From an uncultured Prevotellaceae bacterium (lineage in GTDB: Bacteria; Bacteroidota; Bacteroidia; Bacteroidales; Bacteroidaceae), in the NCBI GenBank assembly GCA_937877605.1, contig CALFJA010000086.1, forward strand, positions 4,384-68,383: a stretch of DNA of 64,000 nucleotides, read 5' to 3'. The notes below the pieces were generated by a model. That model was not told the origin of the DNA, did not search any database, and worked only from the letters and a program-made list of their open reading frames with translations. Position 1 is the first letter of the stretch. Every line of letters begins with the position of its first letter. Of this stretch, positions 19,214 to 26,896 are shown piece by piece. The translations under genes and the position numbers were made by a program.

Positions 19214-20392
19214 TTAGTCCATTCTGTTGAGGTAGTCTTGGTATGTGAAGTGTCTGAGTGTTTCGAGTTGTCCGTTTGTGTGTAGTATTGCGATGTCTGG
19301 GTGTTGGAGTCCGTTGAACATGTGTGTTTTGACGGTTGTGTAGTGTATCATGTCTTGGAAGATGATGTTTTCTCCGATTTGTAGTTGATGGTCGAACTGG
19401 TATGCGTCGATGTAGTCACCTGCGAGGCATGAGTTGCCTGCGAGTCGGTAGGTGGTTTGGTTGTTTGGGGGGTTGGTGGTTTGGTTGTTTGGGGGGTTGG
19501 TGGTTTGGTTGTTTTGGAGTGGTGTGTTTATTGTTTTTGCGTTTTTGACTTGTGGTTTGTATGGCATTTCGAGTGTGTCTGGCATGTGGCATGCGAATGA
19601 GACGTTGAGTATGGCTGTTTTTATGTTATGTTGTGTGACGATGTCGTTGACTTGTGCGACGAGTGTTCCTGTTTGCCATAGGAATGCGGATCCTGGTTCG
19701 AGTATGAGTTGCAGGTTTGGGTATTGTTTTTTGAAGTTGTTGAGTAGTTGTATGAGTAGTTTTTGGTTATAGTTTTTGTGTGTGACGAGGTGTCCTCCTC
19801 CGAAGTTTATCCATTTGAGTTTTGGCAGCCAGTGTTGGAATTTTTGTGTTATGTGTTGTAGTGTTTGCTGGAATTCTTCTGCTGTGCTTTCGCAGTGGTT
19901 GTGGCAGTGGAATCCTTGTATGTATGTTGGTAATTGTTTTGGGAGTTGTTGTTGTGTGATTCCGAATCTGGAGCCTGTTGTGCAGGGGTTGTATTGTTGT
20001 GTTTTGACGGTTGAGAATTCGGGGTTGATTCTGATTCCGATTGAGATGTCTGGGTTTATTTTTTGTGCTATGTGTGCGTATTGTTGTGCTTGTGTGATTG
20101 AGTTGAAGGTGAGGTGTGATGAGAGTTTTGCGAGTGTTTTTATGTTTTGTTGGTTGTATGCGGGTGTGTATGTGTGTGTTTTTGTTCCGAATTTTTGTGT
20201 GGCGAGTATTGCTTCGTATGTTGATGATGCCGTTGTTGCGTTGATGTATTGGCGGAAGATTGGGAATGTTTTCCAGAGTGCGAATGCCTTGAGTGCGAGT
20301 ATGAATTGTGCTCCGGTTTGTTGTTGTACTTGTTGTATGAGTTGTAGGTTTTGCCGGAGTAGTTTTTCTTCGATGATGTAGGTTGGTGTCAT
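19214..20392 (-). CDS. nspC: carboxynorspermidine/carboxyspermidine decarboxylase
   Basis: 392-aa ORF with ILALKAFALWKTFPIFRQYINATTASSTYEA and INFGGGH. It carries an atypical NNQTTNPP repeat insertion and a strongly Q/T/N/H/K-shifted composition. Confidence 0.8.
   Translation of the reverse strand: MTPTYIIEEKLLRQNLQLIQQVQQQTGAQFILALKAFALWKTFPIFRQYINATTASSTYEAILATQKFGTKTHTYTPAYNQQNIKTLAKLSSHLTFNSITQAQQYAHIAQKINPDISIGIRINPEFSTVKTQQYNPCTTGSRFGITQQQLPKQLPTYIQGFHCHNHCESTAEEFQQTLQHITQKFQHWLPKLKWINFGGGHLVTHKNYNQKLLIQLLNNFKKQYPNLQLILEPGSAFLWQTGTLVAQVNDIVTQHNIKTAILNVSFACHMPDTLEMPYKPQVKNAKTINTPLQNNQTTNPPNNQTTNPPNNQTTYRLAGNSCLAGDYIDAYQFDHQLQIGENIIFQDMIHYTTVKTHMFNGLQHPDIAILHTNGQLETLRHFTYQDYLNRMD
19450..19516. 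repeat. 24-nt in-frame tandem repeat inside nspC (2 perfect copies plus 1 partial)
   Basis: GGTGGTTTGGTTGTTTGGGGGGTT at 19450-19473 and 19474-19497, with a partial third copy to about 19516. It encodes NNQTTNPP NNQTTNPP NNQTT on the minus strand. Confidence 0.95.
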
Positions 20393-20467
20393 GGTGGTTG
20401 TTTGGTTGTTTGGGTGTAAAGTTAGGATTTTTATTTGAGATATGGTTGTTGTTTATTGTATTTTTTG

Positions 20468-20475
20468 TATTTTTG
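20468..20475 (+). promoter_or_regulatory. candidate -7 promoter box TATTTTTG for the thiE-like and prs genes
   Basis: Matches TAnnTTTG, 30 nt upstream of the ATG at 20505. Confidence 0.4.
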
Positions 20476-20504
20476 CGGTTAGATTATTAAGTTGCTTTGG
20501 AGTT

Positions 20505-21119
20505 ATGAAGTTAGTTGTTATGACGCGTTCCTCGTTTTTTGTGGAGGAGGATAAGATACTTTCGAGTTTGTTTGAGGAGGGTCTTGACCGTCTTCATTTG
20601 TACAAGCCTGGTGCGTCTCCTTTGTTTTCGGAGCGTTTGTTGTCGTTGTTGGATGAGGTTTACCACAGGCGTATTATGGTTCATGAGCATTTTTACCTGA
20701 AGGATGAGTTTGGTCTTGGTGGTATCCACATTGATGCGGCTGATGATCGTGTGGTTCCGAAGGGTTACAGGGGTAGGATAAGCCGTGGTTGCACGGATTT
20801 ATCGGAGTTGGGTGTGTTGAAGAGGTGTTCGGATTATGTTTTTCTGCGTAACATTTTCGACAGTATAGAGTACAAGGATCGTGGTGAGAAGTCGTCGTTT
20901 ATGATGTCGGATTTGGAGCGTGCGTCGTCTGCGGGCTTGATAGACAAGCATGTGTATGCGCTGGGTGGGATGCGTCTTGAGAATGTTCATTTGGCAAAGG
21001 AGTTGGGTTTTGGTGGTGTTGTTATCTGCGGTGATTTGTGGAATCGTTTTGACATTCAGTCGGAGCGTGATTTCACTGGTATTATGAAGTATTTTGAGAA
21101 GTTGCGTAAGGCGATGTAG
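20505..21119 (+). CDS. thiamine-phosphate synthase-like (ThiE/TenI family) protein
   Basis: The ORF track starts at 20442, but that Cys/Val/Phe-rich extension looks like translated GT-rich leader. MKLVVMTRSS...EEGLDRLHLYKPG resembles the short Bacteroidota ThiE-like proteins. Confidence 0.55.
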   Translation: MKLVVMTRSSFFVEEDKILSSLFEEGLDRLHLYKPGASPLFSERLLSLLDEVYHRRIMVHEHFYLKDEFGLGGIHIDAADDRVVPKGYRGRISRGCTDLSELGVLKRCSDYVFLRNIFDSIEYKDRGEKSSFMMSDLERASSAGLIDKHVYALGGMRLENVHLAKELGFGGVVICGDLWNRFDIQSERDFTGIMKYFEKLRKAM

Positions 21120-21248
21120 TTGGTGGAATGAGGTTGTGAGGTTATGAGGTGTGAGGTCCTCCCGACTCGCGTGCTCGTAGGAGCGCAGTAGCGAGCGATG
21201 AGGTGGAGGGTTGTGAGTACTATTTTATTACTATATTATTATGTTATT

Positions 21249-22190
21249 ATGGAGGCGAGTAAGCAATATAAGGTATTTTCGGGTAGTGGCAGCCGTTATC
21301 TGGCAGAGAAGATTTGCTGGCATCTTGGTTGTGAGTTGGGTAAGAGTTCGTTGACTCGTTTTTCGGACGGTGAGTTTTGCGTGTCGTTTGAGGAGTCTAT
21401 CCGTGGCAAGGAAGTGTATCTGGTTCAGAGTACTTTTCCGAGCAGTGACAATTTGATGGAGTTGCTGTTGCTGATAGATGCTGCGAAGCGTGCTTCTGCG
21501 CATCATATCATTGCTGTTATTCCTTATTTCGGCTGGGCTCGTCAGGACCGTAAGGACAGGCCTCGTGTGAGCATTGCGGCGAAGTTGGTTGCGGACATGT
21601 TGTCGGCGGCTGGTGTGAACCGTGTTATGACGATGGACTTGCATGCGGACCAGATTCAGGGATTTTTCAACATTCCTGTGGACCATTTGTATGCTTCCGG
21701 TGTTTTGCTGCCTTATATGGAGGGTCTGCACTTGCCGGATCTTGTGATAGCGTCTCCTGATGTGGGTGGTTCGAAGCGTGCGAACTCTTATGCGAAGTAT
21801 ATGGGTTTGCCTTTGGTTTTGTGCAACAAGAAGCGTGCTCGTGCGAATGTTGTGGAGAGTATTCAGATTATCGGTGATGTGAAGGACAAGAATGTTATTA
21901 TCATTGATGACATGGTAGACACGGCAGGTACGATAGCGAAGGCTGCTGACATCATGATGAGCGAGGGTGCGAAGAGTGTTCGTGCATGTGCTACTCATGG
22001 TGTGATGAGCGGTAATGCGGTTGAGACTATTGAGCGTTCGTCGATTACGGAATTGGTGTTTACTGACACGATACCTTTCCATCATGAGTCGCCGAAGATC
22101 AAGCAGTTGTCTGTTGCGGGTCAGTTTGCGGAGATTATCCGTCGTGTGAACAACAACGAGAGTATTTCGTCTCAATATGCGATTAGGTAG
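21249..22190 (+). CDS. prs: ribose-phosphate pyrophosphokinase
   Basis: YFGWARQDRK, MDLHADQIQGFF and IIDDMVDTAGT motifs. The start is taken at MEASKQYKVFSG rather than the upstream Met at 21198. Confidence 0.92.
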   Translation: MEASKQYKVFSGSGSRYLAEKICWHLGCELGKSSLTRFSDGEFCVSFEESIRGKEVYLVQSTFPSSDNLMELLLLIDAAKRASAHHIIAVIPYFGWARQDRKDRPRVSIAAKLVADMLSAAGVNRVMTMDLHADQIQGFFNIPVDHLYASGVLLPYMEGLHLPDLVIASPDVGGSKRANSYAKYMGLPLVLCNKKRARANVVESIQIIGDVKDKNVIIIDDMVDTAGTIAKAADIMMSEGAKSVRACATHGVMSGNAVETIERSSITELVFTDTIPFHHESPKIKQLSVAGQFAEIIRRVNNNESISSQYAIR

Positions 22191-22251
22191 GTGGAATGAG
22201 GAATTTCTTAAGACTCGTAAACTCGTATAAGCACAGTAGCGAGTTAAGAAA

Positions 22252-22281
22252 AGGTCACTCCCTGTTGGGGTGACCTTTTTC
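22252..22281. terminator. bidirectional hairpin between convergent prs and the glucan phosphorylase gene
   Basis: AGGTCACTCC (22252-22261) pairs with GGGGTGACCT (22267-22276), including one G.U pair. An A-run precedes it and TTTTT follows. Confidence 0.6.
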
Positions 22282-22304
22282 TGTGTGGAAGGTGGAATGT
22301 GGTA

Positions 22305-24866
22305 TTATTCGAGCCATTTTACATAGTTGAAGTCCTGTCGGTGTGGTAGGTTTGCATTCTTTGGGTACATTCGTACGCAGCATCGGAATGCTCCGGCCTC
22401 GTCTGGTGAGAAGTTTGCCTCGAATGTGAAGAGGTTTCCTTCTCTTCGTGTGACTTTGAAGGGTCGTACGGTGTGTATTTGCCTGTCGTCTGCGGACTGG
22501 TCGTTCTTGAGTGTGACGAGTTCGAGTCCGATGGCGTCGTCGAGTCCTTGTTCGTCGATGACATACTTGACGGTGTATTCCTTTCCTGTTTCTCCTCCGC
22601 TGTGTAGCACTTCGTCTTCTTTGTAAACGACTTTAATGGCATCCCATCGTTGTGCGACGGTTTCTTTCCATGCTGCGAGGTCTTTTGCGAGTCGGTTGTC
22701 GTTGGCGGCAAGTTTCTTGAATCGCTTTGCTTCCTTGGTGTAGAACTTGTCGTAGTAGTCGTCGAGTTGCCTCTTCATGGTGTAATGGGGTGCGATTGTG
22801 GCAATGGAGTTTTTGATTACCTTGATCCAATCTGTGCTGTATCCCTTTTTGTTGATATTGTAATAGAGGGGTATGATTTCGTTCTCGAGCAATCCGTAGA
22901 TGGTGGCTGCGTCGAGTTGGTCCTGATATGCCTGGTTCTGGTAAGTGCGTTTTTCGGTGAGTGCCCATCCGGCTCCCTTGCGGTAGCCTTCGAGCCACCA
23001 TCCGTCGAGGACTGAGAGGTTTACGACTCCGTTCATCTCTGCTTTTTCTCCTGATGTTCCGGAAGCCTCGAGGGGTCTTGTTGGTGTGTTCATCCAGATG
23101 TCGACGCCGCTGACGAGTCTTCGTGCGAGTTGCATGTCGTAGTCTTCGAGGAAGATTATCTTTCCGAGGAATTCGGGTCGCTGGCTGATTTCGAAAATTT
23201 TCTTGATGAGTCCCTGTCCTGCCCCATCGGCGGGATGTGCCTTACCGGAGAAGAAGAAGAGTACAGGATGTTCGGGGTTGTTGACGATTTTGGAGAGTCT
23301 GTCGAGGTCGGTGAAGAGGAGGTGTGCCCGCTTGTATGTTGCAAAGCGTCGGCAGAATCCGATCATCAGTGCGTTGGGGTTGATGCGTTCGAGGAGTGAA
23401 ACGACGCGTGATGGGTCTCCCTGGTTCTTGAGCCATGTTTCGGTGAATTTCTCTCGTATGTAGTTCACCAGTTTGTTTTTCAGTGCCATTCGTGTTTCCC
23501 AGATTTCTGCATCGGGTACCTCGTAGATGGCATGCCATATTTCCTCGTTGCTCTGGTCTGCCATGAAGGTTTCGGCGAAGTACTTGGCATAGAGTCTGCG
23601 CCATTCTGTTGCTGCCCATGTGGGGAAATGTACTCCGTTGGTGACATAGCCTACATGGTTTTCTTCGGGATAGTAGCTCTTCCAAAGTGGTGCGAACATT
23701 TTCTGGCTTACCCATCCGTGTAGTTTGCTGACGCCGTTGATTTCCTGACAGGTGTTGCAAGCGAAGGTTGACATGCAGAAGCGCTCCTCGAGGTTGTCGG
23801 GATTGGTGCGTCCCATGCCGATGAACTCCTGCCATGAGATGCCGAGTTTCTGTGGGTATCCGCTCATATACTTGCCGAAGAGAGCCTCGTCGAAGTAGTC
23901 GTGTCCGGCAGGAACGGGTGTGTGGACTGTATAGAGTGAGGAACTTTTCACGAGTTCGAGTGCTTCGTTGAAGGAAAGTCCCTCGGCGACATAGTCGCAC
24001 AGTCGCTGTAGGTTGCAGAGTGCTGCGTGTCCCTCGTTGCAATGGTAGATGTCTTTCTTTATGCCGAGTCGCTTCAGCAGCAGCATACCTCCGATTCCGA
24101 GGAGGATTTCCTGTTTGAGGCGGTTTTCCCAGTCACCTCCGTATAGGTTGTGCGTGATGGGCTTGTCGAATTCGGAGTTCATGTCGTTGTCGGTATCGAG
24201 CAGATAGAGTTTCACTCGGCCTACATTGACGCGCCATACATAGGCGTGTACATGATAATTCATATAAGGTACGGCAATTACGAGGGGGGTGCCGTCTTCG
24301 TCCAGTTGGCGCTCAATAGGCAGCGAGTTGAAGTTCTGTGCCTCGTTGTTGGCAATCTGCTGTCCCTCGATGCTCAGCGACTGTTTGAAGTAGCCGTATC
24401 TGTAGAGGAAACCGATGGCGCACATGTCCACATTGCTGTCGGATGCTTCCTTGACATAGTCTCCTGCGAGCATGCCAAGACCTCCTGAGTAAATCTTCAG
24501 AACCTGGCTGATGCCGTATTCCATGCAGAAATAGGCTACTGAGGGACGGGTTTTGTCGGGTTTCACATCCATGTATTCGCGGAAATGCTTGTAGACGGTT
24601 TTGAGTTTCTTCATTGCGGCGGCATCCTTTACCAATGCCTGCTTGCGGTCGTAGCTCAGGCGTTCGAGCAGCAATACGGGGTTGTGTCCTACGCTTTCGT
24701 ACAACTCCCTGTCGATGGTGGTAAACAGCGACCGGGCTTCGTGGTTCCAAGCCCACCACATGTTGTGAGCCAATTCGTTTAAGCATTCCAGTTCGGCGGG
24801 AAGACTCGACTTGATGGTGAGTTCCTTCCACTGCGGAGTGTTTGAATAGTCTGATTTGAGTTTCAT
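22305..24866 (-). CDS. alpha-glucan phosphorylase (GT35, with DUF3417-type N-terminus)
   Basis: 853-aa ORF with [14 protein letters not shown] at the N-terminus, and [14 protein letters not shown] (pyridoxal-phosphate Lys region). Confidence 0.85.
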   Translation of the reverse strand: MKLKSDYSNTPQWKELTIKSSLPAELECLNELAHNMWWAWNHEARSLFTTIDRELYESVGHNPVLLLERLSYDRKQALVKDAAAMKKLKTVYKHFREYMDVKPDKTRPSVAYFCMEYGISQVLKIYSGGLGMLAGDYVKEASDSNVDMCAIGFLYRYGYFKQSLSIEGQQIANNEAQNFNSLPIERQLDEDGTPLVIAVPYMNYHVHAYVWRVNVGRVKLYLLDTDNDMNSEFDKPITHNLYGGDWENRLKQEILLGIGGMLLLKRLGIKKDIYHCNEGHAALCNLQRLCDYVAEGLSFNEALELVKSSSLYTVHTPVPAGHDYFDEALFGKYMSGYPQKLGISWQEFIGMGRTNPDNLEERFCMSTFACNTCQEINGVSKLHGWVSQKMFAPLWKSYYPEENHVGYVTNGVHFPTWAATEWRRLYAKYFAETFMADQSNEEIWHAIYEVPDAEIWETRMALKNKLVNYIREKFTETWLKNQGDPSRVVSLLERINPNALMIGFCRRFATYKRAHLLFTDLDRLSKIVNNPEHPVLFFFSGKAHPADGAGQGLIKKIFEISQRPEFLGKIIFLEDYDMQLARRLVSGVDIWMNTPTRPLEASGTSGEKAEMNGVVNLSVLDGWWLEGYRKGAGWALTEKRTYQNQAYQDQLDAATIYGLLENEIIPLYYNINKKGYSTDWIKVIKNSIATIAPHYTMKRQLDDYYDKFYTKEAKRFKKLAANDNRLAKDLAAWKETVAQRWDAIKVVYKEDEVLHSGGETGKEYTVKYVIDEQGLDDAIGLELVTLKNDQSADDRQIHTVRPFKVTRREGNLFTFEANFSPDEAGAFRCCVRMYPKNANLPHRQDFNYVKWLE

Positions 24867-24882
24867 AAAAACTGGTATTTAA

Positions 24883-26529
24883 TTAAATGTTGTTTCTCTT
24901 TTTTGCATTTTTCAGTGCATGGTCGTATGCCCTCTCATAGGCTGCGAAGAAATGTTTCCACAGTGCTTTCTTCGAGAGTTGGCGTGCTTTCTTCCGTGCA
25001 CCTTCCTTCTCCGTTTCCGGGAGTTGTGCATAGCGGCTGACGGTCTGCGCCACCTGTTCCGCCACTTCATGGTAGTTGGTGTCGGATCGGTGGATAACTT
25101 CCACTCCGTTCTCTATGGTAGCAACGGCATTGAGTTCTTCTCTTGCCCAGATGCCAAAGCCTGCGAGGTCGGTAGTCACGCAGGGCACGCTGAAGGCGAT
25201 GGCTTCCAGCGGAGTGTAGCCCCAGGGCTCGTAATAGGAAGGATAGATGCAGAGGTCATTACCCAGAACAATGTCGTAGTAGTGCTTATTGATGATGCCG
25301 TCCTCGCCGTCAAGATAGCAGGGGACGAATATTACTTTGACATTGTCTTCGGGGCGGTTGTGGAATCCATGGCGTTTCAGCATTTGGAGCATGCGATCGG
25401 TTTCCATATTGTGCAGCCAGTGGGTAAGATACGGGCAGGCCAGTGCTGCTCCTCTCGGTTGCTTTCCGCTCATCCGGTCGGCAAGGTCTTCGCGCGGGCT
25501 GGCCACCCAGGCGGGGACATTGACAAACGCCAGCACCTGCTTGCCGGCAGGCAAGAGCGCACGCAACCGTGCCATGGCATCGACAAAGACATCGAGACCT
25601 TTGTTGCGGAACTCATACCGTCCACTGGTCGAAACTATCAGGGTGTCTTCCGGCTGATGCCCTCCCGTGAGGCAGTCTGCCACATCCAGCAGTTGTTTCC
25701 TTGCCATCCAGCGCTTGGCTCCGAAGTCTTTTGCGGCAGGAACGAAGTCGTCTTCAAATCCGTTCAGCAACAGTTCGTCTGGCCGGCGTTCCAGCAGTTG
25801 GGTGCATTCCCTTGCGGTAATGGCGCTCACCGTAGTGAAGCAGTCGGCATTCTGTGCTGCTTTTTGCTCGACGGAGTGCTTGCTGTCGACATTCAGTTCG
25901 CGTGCCATCTGGTTGCCGTAGTAACCTGGCAAGTAGGAATAGAGGTCCTTGCCGTTTCCTGCGATGCTCCTGCCCACCGTCGTGGCATGGGTCGTGAAAA
26001 TGGTTGCCACCTGCGGTACATACCTGTGAAGGTACAGCAGCGCAACACCCAGCATCCACTCGTTGGCATGGAAGATAACGCGCTGCCCGTTGAGGAAGTT
26101 GTTGTGAATGTTTTCAACCAGCCGGGCCACGGCATAGGCAAACATGGATGCCTCATCGTAGTCTCCATAGGCATGCAGGCTGTCCACTCCATAGTCTTCC
26201 CACAGATGCAGGTATATCTCGTTCTTGCGGACATAGTACTGTTGCGAGTTAAGAAGAATGGCTATGGGCTGTCCGGGAATGTTCCATCTGCCCACACGGC
26301 ATTTGATGCCTGCCTGGGCGGCCACAGCCTGCCATTCAGTCATGATGCCGCTGTCTTCAGTAAAGGTGGTGTTGCTGTGCTTTCCCAAGTCGGGACCTAT
26401 GAAAACGACCTTGTCTGGAAAGAGTTTCTGCATGGTGTTGGCGCGAGTGGCCAATACGGTATATATACCTCCCACCTTGTTGCAGACTTCCCAGCTGGAT
26501 TCGAAAATAAAATCGGGTTTGAGTTTCAT
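24883..26529 (-). CDS. glycogen synthase (GT3-like, Bacteroidota type)
   Basis: 548-aa ORF. FESSWEVCNKVGGIYTVL is typical of GT3 glycogen synthases. It lies adjacent to the phosphorylase. Confidence 0.8.
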   Translation of the reverse strand: MKLKPDFIFESSWEVCNKVGGIYTVLATRANTMQKLFPDKVVFIGPDLGKHSNTTFTEDSGIMTEWQAVAAQAGIKCRVGRWNIPGQPIAILLNSQQYYVRKNEIYLHLWEDYGVDSLHAYGDYDEASMFAYAVARLVENIHNNFLNGQRVIFHANEWMLGVALLYLHRYVPQVATIFTTHATTVGRSIAGNGKDLYSYLPGYYGNQMARELNVDSKHSVEQKAAQNADCFTTVSAITARECTQLLERRPDELLLNGFEDDFVPAAKDFGAKRWMARKQLLDVADCLTGGHQPEDTLIVSTSGRYEFRNKGLDVFVDAMARLRALLPAGKQVLAFVNVPAWVASPREDLADRMSGKQPRGAALACPYLTHWLHNMETDRMLQMLKRHGFHNRPEDNVKVIFVPCYLDGEDGIINKHYYDIVLGNDLCIYPSYYEPWGYTPLEAIAFSVPCVTTDLAGFGIWAREELNAVATIENGVEVIHRSDTNYHEVAEQVAQTVSRYAQLPETEKEGARKKARQLSKKALWKHFFAAYERAYDHALKNAKKRNNI

Positions 26530-26716
26530 CGTAAACGGCTTATTGCGTTAACCGTCCGCGAAGTTACAAAAAATATACTTGTCGTACAATTTTAATCCAC
26601 TATAATTCCGTCGATTCTCCTCATTTCTTGATTTATCTCATCTACGATGAGGTGAATAGCAGCCCCTGCCGCCCCACCTTCTCCCTTTTTATGGAAATCA
26701 CAGTAAAAATCCAAAA

Positions 26717-26798
26717 GGGGCCCAAACGGATTACATTTGGGCGGCTTTTGCACTCCGTTTGGGGCTCTTTCGCAATGCGTTTGGGGCTCAAACGCAAG
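26717..26798. repeat. REP-like palindromic intergenic element, copy 2
   Basis: GGGGCCCAAACGG ... CATTTGGGCGGCTTT ... CCGTTTGGGGCTC ... GCGTTTGGGGCTCAAACGCAAG, downstream of the PBP1A stop. Confidence 0.8.
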
Positions 26799-26896
26799 TT
26801 ACTAATCACCAGTGTGTTACGACGACTGGCGCAAGCGTTTGTAAAAAACAGGAGGGAGAGAAGTTCTTCACCTCTCCCCCTCTTGTTTTCCTGTGT

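Noticed and set aside
19450-19516. The tandem repeats at 19450-19516 and the (AG)17 at 56874-56907 considered as CRISPR-like arrays.
   Set aside because: There are no spacers, the repeats are contiguous and lie inside coding sequences, and there are no cas genes in the window.
20442-21248. N-terminal extensions of the thiE-like (from 20442) and prs (from 21198) ORFs given in the ORF track.
   Set aside because: The extensions are Cys/Val/Phe/Tyr/Ile-rich translations of GT- or AT-rich leader sequence. The conserved N-termini begin at the internal Met codons (20505 and 21249), and a promoter box lies inside the first extension.
19776-22175. Long ORFs antisense to nspC (19776-20381, Cys/Val/Phe-rich) and to prs (21231-22175, Thr/Arg/Asn/His-rich).
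   Set aside because: They stay open only because the skew island depletes A on one strand and T/G on the other, so stop codons are rare. The translations are compositional noise.
19085-24400. The G+T skew island as a sequencing or assembly artefact (for example, strand-specific conversion errors).
   Set aside because: All five genes in the island keep long intact reading frames with conserved catalytic motifs. The bias is also partitioned by codon position, as expected for evolved sequence. An artefact would introduce stops and destroy motifs.
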